Source of the DNA: Candidatus Aenigmatarchaeota archaeon
Lineage (GTDB): Archaea > Aenigmatarchaeota > Aenigmatarchaeia > CG10238-14 > SCSR01
Direction: 5' to 3'
Assembly (NCBI GenBank): GCA_018304615.1
Contig: JAGVVV010000006.1
Coordinates: 1-58,926 of the forward strand
DNA length: 58,926 nucleotides
Positions 28,619 through 37,678 of this stretch are shown here, piece by piece. Positions within the stretch are counted from its first letter, which is position 1. Every line of letters begins with the position of its first letter. The notes below the pieces were generated by a model, which saw only the letters and a list, made by a program, of their open reading frames with translations, was not told the origin of the DNA and did no database searches. A program made the position numbers and the translations under genes.

Positions 28619-29638
28619 TTATCTAAATGTTAAAGGTTCAGAGAAATCCAATAAATCTTCCATAAGCAATTCTACCATCACAACCGCCGTGTCTCCTAGA
28701 TTGAGAGGAATATCAACTTTATCGATACTATCGACATTAAACATCTTATCAACATTATCAAGTTTTTCCTTGCTTCTAGGAATTATGGCACCACTGTAAA
28801 TCACCTTTTTGCCCTCTGGTCGCAATTCTTCATATGTCCAATCCGTCTCTTCCTTCAATTTTTCCCTGATCATTTTAGGAGTTAAAAAAGGTTCTTCACT
28901 AATTCTCCACTCACCTGATTTCCATACTGCTGTACCAATCGAATACTCATAAATTCTGTCATGGACTTGAACCCCGTGTAAAATAAAAAGTTTTGATTCA
29001 TCTGATAGTTCTATAGGTAATCCGGTAAATCCTATATTTTGAGATGCCCAATAAGGCCTGTGTTTAATTTCCTCATCCCGAGTTTCTGTTTTTCCACCGG
29101 ATTTTTTAATATATCTAAAAACAGGAGTGTGTTTGACAAGTCTAAATACTACTTCCCTTTCATTTTCATTTCTACTCAAAGGAAGGACATTTTTACCGAT
29201 CTGATTTCCATATACATCCACATCCTCCAGTTCCTTATACGGTGGTTTTAAAGTCGCTCCTACAGGACCTGGGAGGGTCTCTCCATTTTCTCCACGGCGT
29301 AAATAATTATAACAAACATAAGTTTCACCACTTTTATCAGGCAGTCCTGCGCGAACGTCTTCAACAGGATTTACAATATTTTTATCGTTCATTTCAGGAA
29401 ACATTAAATCTCCTTTATGTTTGATATTCTGAAAATCCCAATCCATATGATATACTCCGATCCTTTCGGTTGGATCATAACTATTTTGACGGTAAGATAT
29501 CCATCTTACTATAAGTTCTACTCCTTCCTCTCTAGGTATAGCAGCAGGATTTAGGGGATATAATTTTTTTCCTTTAGATTCATCATAACAGGGAACTAAA
29601 AGCGGAATAGGGCCTACAATCTCAACTAGCGATATCAT
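28619..29638 (-). CDS. Divergent beta-propeller glycosidase/phosphorylase (GH130-like)
   Basis: NPAA, EDVR, KN..P, LHGV...Y.IG, EPFLTP...E, KVIYSG, GDT. Confidence 0.55.
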   Translation of the reverse strand: MISLVEIVGPIPLLVPCYDESKGKKLYPLNPAAIPREEGVELIVRWISYRQNSYDPTERIGVYHMDWDFQNIKHKGDLMFPEMNDKNIVNPVEDVRAGLPDKSGETYVCYNYLRRGENGETLPGPVGATLKPPYKELEDVDVYGNQIGKNVLPLSRNENEREVVFRLVKHTPVFRYIKKSGGKTETRDEEIKHRPYWASQNIGFTGLPIELSDESKLFILHGVQVHDRIYEYSIGTAVWKSGEWRISEEPFLTPKMIREKLKEETDWTYEELRPEGKKVIYSGAIIPRSKEKLDNVDKMFNVDSIDKVDIPLNLGDTAVVMVELLMEDLLDFSEPLTFR

Positions 29639-29754
29639 AAGATCTCCTAACGAATACCCACCTAATAAAAATATCGAAAGATAAGAATTTACTATTGTAT
29701 CTGATTGAAAAATTCTTTGAGAAAAATCCAAGTGCATTTAACTAAATAAAAAAG

Positions 29755-29909
29755 TGCTCCCACCGGGATTTGAACCCGAGTTTGCTGCTTTCGTCTCAGC
29801 CTGTCTTCGTCTGCTTTCATCTTTGCATCAAACCTTTCTGAGCAAAACTCGAAAGGGCCTTAGACGGTCTTAATGACCTGTATCCTTGACCGGACTAGAC
29901 GATGGGAGC
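29755..29909 (-). tRNA. tRNA-Glu(UUC) with three BHB introns (27/28: 29860-29879; 37/38: 29803-29849; 45/46: 29782-29794)
   Basis: Removing 20+47+13 nt gives a 75-nt cloverleaf: GCUCCCA acceptor, CGGCC-CU-UUC-GA-GGCUG. Confidence 0.88.
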
Positions 29910-29975
29910 TTGAAACAATTCATTCTCATCTCTTTATTTAAATCTAACTTAGAATTCGTTCCATTTAATAATGAG

Positions 29976-30596
29976 TTATTGCAGTCCTAGGTTGTCTTTG
30001 ACAATATTCCAAATCTCTTGATGTATCTCGTTCAATTCCTTTGTTCCATCTATAATAAACCATTTGGTCTCTTCGTCTGGATTATTCTCTGCCAGGTGTA
30101 AATAGGTCTCTCTTATTTTCTCCTGCATCTCCCTCTCGATCTGCAGTTTGGATATGAGCTCTTTCTTGGTGAAATCCTCTATGTTGGCCTGCTGGACTCT
30201 TCCTATGCTGGTCTCAATCGGAACGTCAATGAAGAAAACTAAATTAGGTTTTATAATGTTTTTCTCTATTGTCATAAGCCAGTCAAGTGGAACCCCTCTG
30301 GAACTTTGGTATGCGAAGTTGCTGTAGCAGTATCTGTCAGAAATGACGATCTCATCTTTGTCAAGAAGTGCCTTGATTCTCTCCTGATACTGGCTCCTGT
30401 CAGCAGCGTACAGAAGAGCAAGTGTAAAAGGATCGAAACTTCCTCTCCTGGTTACTTTGGCGATGTCAGTCTCGAAATTCGGAAAACTAATCATGGTTAC
30501 TATTTTACCTCTTTCTACGAGTTTTTCAGATAAATTCTTGATCTGGGTTTTTTTTCCAGAACCAGTGATTCCCTCGAACACGATGAATGTTGGCAT
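29976..30596 (-). CDS. tmk: Thymidylate kinase
   Basis: FEGITGSGK, LYAADR, DRY..S..AYQ. Confidence 0.92.
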   Translation of the reverse strand: MPTFIVFEGITGSGKKTQIKNLSEKLVERGKIVTMISFPNFETDIAKVTRRGSFDPFTLALLYAADRSQYQERIKALLDKDEIVISDRYCYSNFAYQSSRGVPLDWLMTIEKNIIKPNLVFFIDVPIETSIGRVQQANIEDFTKKELISKLQIEREMQEKIRETYLHLAENNPDEETKWFIIDGTKELNEIHQEIWNIVKDNLGLQ

Positions 30597-30630
30597 AAAA
30601 CATAGTTTGAGACTTAAATATTAATCTCGA

Positions 30631-31296
30631 CTAAAGATAGAACCCCTGCTGAGAAGTAGGGAAAATTTTACCTATAGAAACGAGAATACCTGCTGGAACA
30701 GGTACTTGATTTAACGAGTTGTAAATCTCCTTGTACCCCTTCAGAAACAAAACATCAAAGCTCTTCAGGACAACGACGACAACCTTTCCCTCCTTGTAGT
30801 AGTCCAGAACATCCTTGTTCATGCTCTTTGAAGTCAGGATATTCACCAACGTATCCTTGTCAACGACAATCCTCAAATCCGGGCTGTCAGCTTTTCTCTC
30901 AGATGTGTAAGGCACGTTCCTTTCTACTGTCACGTCAAAATACTGCCCTGTGTCAGATACTACAACCTCTATCTCAGGCTTCTCTCCATTCAGGGGATTT
31001 GTATGAAGAGAATAAGCTCCTATTTCGTTGGCCAGATAGTTGATGTCGCTTTCAAGGATCTTGGAATCTCCGCCGCCCAGAGGAAACAGATGGTTGATGG
31101 CTGAATTTATGATGTTTGGTTTTGTCGGCTTGCCAAATATCGCAGACGAAAAAATAACCAAAATGAGAGCCAAAACTACAACAATCACGATTGCTAGAGC
31201 GATAATCAACTTTTTCCTTGAATGTTTTGGAGGTGGAGTTGGTTGCGGCGGTTGAGGAGGGAGTGTTTGAGGATAGGGCGTCTGGAAGATTTCCAT
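30631..31296 (-). CDS. Membrane-anchored hypothetical protein (Pro-rich N-terminus)
   Basis: PQPP tract, TM, globular C-terminal domain. Confidence 0.7.
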   Translation of the reverse strand: MEIFQTPYPQTLPPQPPQPTPPPKHSRKKLIIALAIVIVVVLALILVIFSSAIFGKPTKPNIINSAINHLFPLGGGDSKILESDINYLANEIGAYSLHTNPLNGEKPEIEVVVSDTGQYFDVTVERNVPYTSERKADSPDLRIVVDKDTLVNILTSKSMNKDVLDYYKEGKVVVVVLKSFDVLFLKGYKEIYNSLNQVPVPAGILVSIGKIFPTSQQGFYL

Positions 31297-31326
31297 AAAC
31301 GATATTTAGAAAATGATGTATAAATT

Positions 31327-31404
31327 TGGTGGGCCCGGAGAGATTTGAACTCTCGACCTCCCGATTATCAGTCGGATGCTCCAACCAGGCTAAGCTACGG
31401 GCCC
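31327..31404 (-). tRNA. tRNA-Ile(GAU), CCA encoded
   Basis: GGGCCCG acceptor, UCCGA-CU-GAU-AA-UCGGG, ends ACCA. Confidence 0.96.
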
Positions 31405-31462
31405 TCAAATAACTAATATTTTATTACTCTACTTAAGTCTTTTATTAGTTAGAATTCAAAAA

Positions 31463-31534
31463 GGGCCGGTAGATCAACGGCAGATCGCTTCGTTCGCAAC
31501 GAAGAGGCTCTGGGTTCAAATCCCAGCCGGTCCA
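31463..31534 (+). tRNA. tRNA-Ala(CGC)
   Basis: G3:U70, CUUCG-UU-CGC-AA-CGAAG. Confidence 0.95.
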
Positions 31535-31794
31535 TTAGTCTCGTTACTGCTTTCACTAGGATTATTTTGACTAGGATTATTTTCACCAGTTTTAGAAGAT
31601 TTGAAGACGAATTTGTACAGGATTATCGAAACCATCAAAGCGAGTAGTATGAAAACTACTGAATACTGGGTTGACGGCAAGAAGAGAAACCCTGTTACTG
31701 CTGAAAACGGATTTGCACCAGCCATCACAATGATAGCCAATACAGCGCTAGGCAATGTCTTGCCCAATACTCGGATGTTCTTTGGAAATTTCAT
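31516..31794 (-). CDS. Small membrane protein, possibly an internally deleted surface protein
   Basis: Signal-like N-terminus joined directly to a TM anchor; 3' end overlaps tRNA-Ala antisense. Confidence 0.5.
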   Translation of the reverse strand: MKFPKNIRVLGKTLPSAVLAIIVMAGANPFSAVTGFLFLPSTQYSVVFILLALMVSIILYKFVFKSSKTGENNPSQNNPSESSNETNGPAGI

Positions 31795-31806
31795 TTTCTC
31801 ACTGTA

Positions 31807-31825
31807 TTTACTATCAAATAGTAAA
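31807..31825. promoter_or_regulatory. Palindrome TTTACTAT-CAA-ATAGTAAA, putative operator
   Basis: 8-bp perfect arms; related sites at 31836-31848 and 36027-36041. Confidence 0.5.
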
Positions 31826-31878
31826 GTATTTAGTCACTACTAAATAGTACTAATTAATATTATAGAATTATAACGGCG

Positions 31879-32970
31879 TTATTTTTTCATGAATTTGGAA
31901 AGAGAACCCTCTTTCTTCCTCTCGAAAGACCCTATTCTAACCCCGATCCTGCGGACGTCGATATCGACATTATGCAGGAACTCGCGCAGCAATTCCCTCG
32001 AGACCTTTTTGACAATTTTGGCGTCATTTGTGTAGCTTTCGATGGTTCTAGATTTGCTTCTACTCTCTAGGTTTTTCATGAATGCTATGATTCCTATGTT
32101 TTTGAACAAAGTTTTTTCTTCTTTTGCTCGCTGGGCAACTTCTACACAGAGCTTGTCTGTCACTTCAGAAATTAAGTTGAAATCCCTAGAATCCTCTTTC
32201 AGAGTTTCTATTTTGCTCATCTGCACGTTGTCAGATCTAATTTCGACAGGTTCTTCATCAATCCCGTTGGCAGCATCGAAAAAATATTCACCTGTCTTAT
32301 TTCCGAACATGCCTTTCAATTTTTGAAGACCTACTTTTGACAAATCCTCTATGGTATTCACCCCAAGTTCCTTCATCTTCTCCTCGCTTTTCTTCCCAAC
32401 ACCAGGTATATCAGTCACTTTCAAAGGATTCAAGAATTTTTTTACTTCTTTTGGTTTCACCGCAGTCAAACCGTCTGGCTTTTTGAAACCTGATGATATT
32501 TTTGCAACAAGCTTGTTCGGACCTATGCCTATTGAGCAAATCAACTTTTCTTTTAATCTCAATTCCTTCTTTATGTCAGTTGCAAGTTTCACAGCATTGT
32601 CAAAATCCCCGTCAGTTCTCTTCGTGACATCCAAATAAGCTTCGTCTATGCTCCTCACTTCTAGTATGTCTGCGTGTTTTCCTAAAATTTCCATTACCCT
32701 GTTAGAAGTTTGAGAATAAAGCTCCCTGTCTGGAGGGAGGAAGTACACTTCTTTGTCTTTCATGATTCTTTTCGCGAAAACTATCGGCATCCCAGCTTTC
32801 ACTCCTGATTCTCTTGCCAGATAATTTGCAGAAGCAACAGCTCCTGAATCTTCAGTTCTTCCAGAATAAACACATACGATGACTGGTTTTCCAATGAGAG
32901 AAGGATTTTTTATTTCTTCGCACTGCGCAAAAAAATAGTTCAAATCTACATGCATGACAACTCTGGACAT
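31879..32970 (-). CDS. dinB: Y-family DNA polymerase IV (Dpo4/Dbh type)
   Basis: HVDLNYFFAQCE, ANY.AR, SIDEAYLD, KPDG. Confidence 0.95.
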   Translation of the reverse strand: MSRVVMHVDLNYFFAQCEEIKNPSLIGKPVIVCVYSGRTEDSGAVASANYLARESGVKAGMPIVFAKRIMKDKEVYFLPPDRELYSQTSNRVMEILGKHADILEVRSIDEAYLDVTKRTDGDFDNAVKLATDIKKELRLKEKLICSIGIGPNKLVAKISSGFKKPDGLTAVKPKEVKKFLNPLKVTDIPGVGKKSEEKMKELGVNTIEDLSKVGLQKLKGMFGNKTGEYFFDAANGIDEEPVEIRSDNVQMSKIETLKEDSRDFNLISEVTDKLCVEVAQRAKEEKTLFKNIGIIAFMKNLESRSKSRTIESYTNDAKIVKKVSRELLREFLHNVDIDVRRIGVRIGSFERKKEGSLSKFMKK

Positions 32971-33039
32971 GCTAAAATAATTGTTTTTCAACAAATTAAT
33001 TTAAATCTTTCACTATAACATTATCTTTAGGTTAAAGTT

Positions 33040-33297
33040 ATGAGCGCTTTAGAAAGTTTGGATCGTATGAAAGATAAAACAACTGTTCAGAAAAAAATAC
33101 AAGCGACAGCTGTTATGACTGTCTACTTGGATCTGGAGAGATTTGGTTTAGACAATGGAATTCGACCTACTCCAACAATGGATGCAAAATATGAAAATGC
33201 AAATAGGATGATTGAAGAAGGAAATTATCTTGATGCCTTTTTATTTTTCCAAGATCTTAATGCAGAATATAGTAAATTAATAAGAAGACGTTTGTAA
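33040..33297 (+). CDS. Hypothetical protein
   Basis: 85-aa ORF. Confidence 0.5.
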   Translation: MSALESLDRMKDKTTVQKKIQATAVMTVYLDLERFGLDNGIRPTPTMDAKYENANRMIEEGNYLDAFLFFQDLNAEYSKLIRRRL

Positions 33298-33328
33298 AAA
33301 ATCCAAGTTTTTGGCCGGTAATGAGATT

Positions 33329-33679
33329 TTAAAATTTCATCAGACTATCGACTAGTTTCTGTGTGGCTTCTTCCTGTTCAGGGTTAGGCTTTATCATTTG
33401 TCTGACCATGTCTTCTACTGCCTTCCTTTTAGCTGCTTCTCCTGCTTCGACTATCGCTTTGAAAGGAGCAGCCAATTTCTCAAGAAGCGACTTCATGTCA
33501 TCAACTTCATGCTTCAACTCCACGAGCGCTGTCCAAACCTGAGCGACCTTGACGTCGTCAGCCTGCATGTAAGCTCCTTGATGTTTTTTGGATCTTTCGA
33601 GAATCATGGAAAGAGTTTCTTTAGCCTCATCGTTCAAGTGGTCTTTCCAATCCCCTTCCCCAGAGCCTTGTCCCAACAT
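33329..33679 (-). CDS. Hypothetical helical protein
   Basis: 116 aa; AY..ADDVKVAQVW segment. Confidence 0.7.
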   Translation of the reverse strand: MLGQGSGEGDWKDHLNDEAKETLSMILERSKKHQGAYMQADDVKVAQVWTALVELKHEVDDMKSLLEKLAAPFKAIVEAGEAAKRKAVEDMVRQMIKPNPEQEEATQKLVDSLMKF

Positions 33680-33732
33680 GAAATATCAATTCAATAATAG
33701 ATTCGAAAATTTAAATGTTTGAAAAAACGACG

Positions 33733-35952
33733 TTAATTCTTTTTAGCCATCACTTCAGGCTCGCCTGGCAGTTCTCTTTCCTTGAACCAGACCCATCTCT
33801 TACCTTTCCCGTTTCTCTTCCACAGAATGTAAGCGATGATTATGAAGAGTATGAGGATCAAAACAAGCAATCCAAGTATGTAAACATTCGTCGGACTGAG
33901 TTCTGGGAATATCAACATCCCGATCAAGCTTCTTCCGTCAACCACTCTCAATGAAGTAGTCTGAGCTGATGTGGTCTTGTCCTTCGCATTTATCGTGAAA
34001 GTGTAATCTCCAACCTGGGCAGAACATGGAACTGCGGCAACTCCGTTCACAGTCACTCTGTCACCTGCATCTACTGTCACAGTATCAGGGCTGAAGTGGA
34101 CCCAATCTTTTGCCGGGCCAGATGCCCAGACCGTGAAGGTCTCCTTTGCTTTTCCTACGTTCATCAAATCAAAAGTGAACGAATTGATTTCGCATCTATT
34201 TGCTTCGTACTGAGCTTTCACTGCCAGAACAGGCTGACCGAATAGTATGTCGAAAGTTTTTTCCGCGATCAGTGAGTTGTAAGAGTTCGAGACTTCTAAA
34301 ACTGCCTTCTCCTTTCCAGCAGCATCGCTTGGCACGTTAATTGAAATCGAAGAAGATTTAGTTTCTCCTGGTGCTAAAGATGATATCGTCGCATCTGAAC
34401 TTGTCCCGAACATCTTCAATTTTGTACTGACCGAAGATTCGGTGAAGGTTCCACAATTGTTTATCGAAGCCTTGAAAGTCTCTGAATTGCCAGCTTTTAT
34501 TTCACCGTCGCCTGTCAGACTTGTAACTTTCAGACAGTGTTCACCAGCAGGTTGAGTTGCAGTTACTGTGTTTCTGTTCAAGCATAGATCATAAGAAGTT
34601 TGCTGGCTGTAGTAGACCGTCGCAGACCCTGATTGTGTGCTGTAACCAGGAGCTGAAGCTGTCATAGTATAAACACCTTGCCCGATTCCATAGAACATCA
34701 CAACCCCTGTTGAAGAGTATTGTGAATTTCCGCCAGGCCACACTTGGACAGTAGCAGGAACATAGTTGTTGTTGGAACAGTCTCTCACGTTAACAGCAAG
34801 AGTTCCGTAACCTGAACCGTAATAATAATTGTTGTTGTAATAGTACGGATATGTCGGATAATAAGTTGGATAATAATATTGTCCAGTGCAGTAACCTCCG
34901 CTGCAGTATGTTGCTGATGGGCATGAGTTGGTTATAGTCTGCCAGTAGTTTCCGTAGCAGTACTCATAAGAGTAAGATGTTGAGGAATAGCACTGGTAAT
35001 TTCTTGTCTGTCCGTATGTGCAAGTAGAAGAACAGCAGTATCCGTTGACACATTGGTTATTTCCGCAGTAGTTTGTCAATGTTTGCCAGGTCGTTCCGTC
35101 AGAACTGCACTGCTCGTACTGTGAAGTGTAAGAATTCACACAGTATTGGTTTCTAATCTGGCCAGGCGTGCAAACTTGGTTGTTGTTCACAGTGAAAGTG
35201 GCGTATGCGACTGCCTGGTTGCAGTTTGAAGATGTTGCTGTCGCAGTAACTGTATGTCCGCCTGAACTCAATCCTGAAACCCAGTAAGTGCGAGAATAAT
35301 AACCGCTGGAATCAGGGTAGACAGTTGCAATAAAATTGTTATCGACCATCAGACTGACTTGCGTGTTTTGATAGCCTGAATAATAAGATTTAGACACGTA
35401 TCCAGAAATTGTGACGTAATTGTTCATCTGGACTACATTAGGAGACACTTGAACTGAAACTTGCAGGTTGCATACAACTGGAACGCAGCTTCCGATGCAG
35501 CAGCTTGATGTGTCAGTAGCATAAGTGTAATAGCCGGAACAATATGAATTGGATCCGCAAACTACTCCGCCTTTGTTGTAGCAAGTCTGTGGATAGTAAG
35601 TTTGATAGTAAGTGGTCGTGTATGTCGGATAATATGTCGGGTAGTAGGTTGGATAATAAGTGGAAGTGTATGTCGGATAATATGTTGATGTGTATGTTTG
35701 GTAATATGTGGTTGTCGTAGTAGCTGGTCTACATGGCCATGCAGGATAAACAGAAGAACCGTAACATATCTCCAAATTTGAACACCATCTCTTGTCTTCA
35801 ATTATGGTGTTACCGTCTTTGCATACGAAGTGGTTATGACTTTCTCCGCCACCTGGTTCGTCACAAGTACAAATAGTGGCCGAAGAAGCAAATGATGGAA
35901 TTAAAACAAATGATATTGCCAATATTAGGAAAATAGGAATCAGATTCTTCAT
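33733..35952 (-). CDS. Large Cys/Tyr-rich multidomain surface protein (Ig/CARDB-like domains, C-terminal TM)
   Basis: Signal peptide from MKNLIP; YYPTY repeats, Cys modules, SAPGY, TM. Confidence 0.85.
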   Translation of the reverse strand: MKNLIPIFLILAISFVLIPSFASSATICTCDEPGGGESHNHFVCKDGNTIIEDKRWCSNLEICYGSSVYPAWPCRPATTTTTYYQTYTSTYYPTYTSTYYPTYYPTYYPTYTTTYYQTYYPQTCYNKGGVVCGSNSYCSGYYTYATDTSSCCIGSCVPVVCNLQVSVQVSPNVVQMNNYVTISGYVSKSYYSGYQNTQVSLMVDNNFIATVYPDSSGYYSRTYWVSGLSSGGHTVTATATSSNCNQAVAYATFTVNNNQVCTPGQIRNQYCVNSYTSQYEQCSSDGTTWQTLTNYCGNNQCVNGYCCSSTCTYGQTRNYQCYSSTSYSYEYCYGNYWQTITNSCPSATYCSGGYCTGQYYYPTYYPTYPYYYNNNYYYGSGYGTLAVNVRDCSNNNYVPATVQVWPGGNSQYSSTGVVMFYGIGQGVYTMTASAPGYSTQSGSATVYYSQQTSYDLCLNRNTVTATQPAGEHCLKVTSLTGDGEIKAGNSETFKASINNCGTFTESSVSTKLKMFGTSSDATISSLAPGETKSSSISINVPSDAAGKEKAVLEVSNSYNSLIAEKTFDILFGQPVLAVKAQYEANRCEINSFTFDLMNVGKAKETFTVWASGPAKDWVHFSPDTVTVDAGDRVTVNGVAAVPCSAQVGDYTFTINAKDKTTSAQTTSLRVVDGRSLIGMLIFPELSPTNVYILGLLVLILILFIIIAYILWKRNGKGKRWVWFKERELPGEPEVMAKKN

Positions 35953-36141
35953 ACTTGAAAGATTTTCACTAAAAAGATTAATCTGTGTTTGGTTTTCTTT
36001 TTGTCTAGACATAGTGTTACCTGTTTTACTATCTAATAGTAGATACAAGGGAAATCTATTTAAATCCCTACTAATACCAAAAAGACGAGAATCTAAATTC
36101 TATATACTGGGAAACCCCTAAATCAAGGAGAAAGTGACAAC

Positions 36142-36852
36142 ATGATAATAGCTGCTATTTCAGATGTACACTCTCCACAGTACTTTGACGAGTTTGTGAG
36201 AGCCGTAGATTGGATGAAAGTAAAACCAAATTTGTTCCTGATAGCCGGAGATATGGTAAACAGGGGAGAATTACCAGAATATGAGAAGGTATACAATGTC
36301 TTTTTCGGAAAAATCAACTGCCCGATCGTCGCTTGCTTCGGGAATAATGAGTTCCAACAGCTTAGGGATCAGCTGAAGACTAGATATCCTGACATAAAGT
36401 TCCTGGACGACGAGACTACTGTCCTTAACATAGGTGGAAAAGCAGTCGGGATCATTGGAACAACCGGAAGTCTTGAAACTCCGACCCCGTGGCAGAAAGC
36501 AAACATGCCAAACATACAGCAAATATTTGAAAGCAGGATCACTTTTGTTGAAAGATATCTTCAAAGGCTGAAAGTAGACTTTAAAATCGTCCTCTCCCAT
36601 TATGCTCCGACGTTCAAAACACTCGAGGGAGAAAATCCAAGGTTCTACACCAGTCAAGGGACGCAGCTTCTAGAACCAATACTTGTAAACAACAAGGCTA
36701 ATCTTGCTCTCCACGGCCACTCACACAGAGGAATCAAAATGGCATGGATAGATTCTGTCCCAATCTACAATGTCGCATTCCCAGTGAACAAGGAAGTTGT
36801 CATCATAGACACAGAGAAGGATTTGAAACCTGGAATCTCCAAGTTCGTCTGA
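36142..36852 (+). CDS. Calcineurin-like metallophosphoesterase
   Basis: SDVH, AGD, GNNE, SH, HGHSH. Confidence 0.9.
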   Translation: MIIAAISDVHSPQYFDEFVRAVDWMKVKPNLFLIAGDMVNRGELPEYEKVYNVFFGKINCPIVACFGNNEFQQLRDQLKTRYPDIKFLDDETTVLNIGGKAVGIIGTTGSLETPTPWQKANMPNIQQIFESRITFVERYLQRLKVDFKIVLSHYAPTFKTLEGENPRFYTSQGTQLLEPILVNNKANLALHGHSHRGIKMAWIDSVPIYNVAFPVNKEVVIIDTEKDLKPGISKFV

Positions 36853-36893
36853 TTGCCTCTACAAAGAGATATTAATTCTTTCTCATAGAAAAC

Positions 36894-37052
36894 ATGAACA
36901 TGAAATCCTGTCCAAAATGCACGCGGGAATTTATCGACCAGTTCAACTTCTGCCCTATTGATGGGGAGAAGCTTTCCGCACAGAAATATGAAGCTGAGTC
37001 AGAAGAGAAAAATTCTAGAAGAGAGATTGACACGGAAGAATACGATTTTTAG
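36894..37052 (+). CDS. Small zinc-ribbon protein (52 aa; not in ORF track)
   Basis: MNMKSCPKCTREFIDQFNFCPIDGEKL... Confidence 0.7.
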   Translation: MNMKSCPKCTREFIDQFNFCPIDGEKLSAQKYEAESEEKNSRREIDTEEYDF

Positions 37053-37075
37053 TTAGAGGATTCTAATAACAAGTA

Positions 37076-37678
37076 ATGAAGAAAGAAAAAATAATCGATT
37101 TCTTGATTGAAGCGAACAAGCTGAAAGACTTGAAAAGAACAGGATGGGTCGCTCTGAAAGTGAAAAATTCAGAACATGTAGGAGATCATGTTTACTCTAT
37201 GATCATGCTGGCATCAGTCCTTGCAGACAAGCTGAAAGTAAACAAACAAAAATTGATGGAAATGATTTTAATTCATGAATTGCCTGAACTTTACGTTGGC
37301 GACATTGCTACTATTTTCGGAACAGGAACGATACACAAAACTGGTTACATGTATACACTTGATAAAAATGGGAAAATAAAAGAGTTCAAGGGAAACAAAC
37401 GTAGGCTCGAAGAAAACGCAATGAAAAAAATTTTAAACATGTTGCCAACAAATGTAAGGAAGAAATATTACAGGCTTTGGAAAGAGTTTGAAAAAAATAA
37501 AACTCCGCTTGCGCACGCCGCTCACGATTTAGATAGACTGGATCATACCGTTCTTGCATTGCTGTATAAAGACAGGACAAAAATAAAACTCGATGGTTTC
37601 ATCAATGTTGAAAGCAGGTTGAAAACAAAATATGCCAAAGAACTTCATAAGTTAATCAGAAAAAGATTTTACAAATAA
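37076..37678 (+). CDS. HD-domain phosphohydrolase (HDDC2/YfbR-like)
   Basis: LKRTGW, EHVGDH, IHELPE..VGD, DLDRLD. Confidence 0.88.
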   Translation: MKKEKIIDFLIEANKLKDLKRTGWVALKVKNSEHVGDHVYSMIMLASVLADKLKVNKQKLMEMILIHELPELYVGDIATIFGTGTIHKTGYMYTLDKNGKIKEFKGNKRRLEENAMKKILNMLPTNVRKKYYRLWKEFEKNKTPLAHAAHDLDRLDHTVLALLYKDRTKIKLDGFINVESRLKTKYAKELHKLIRKRFYK

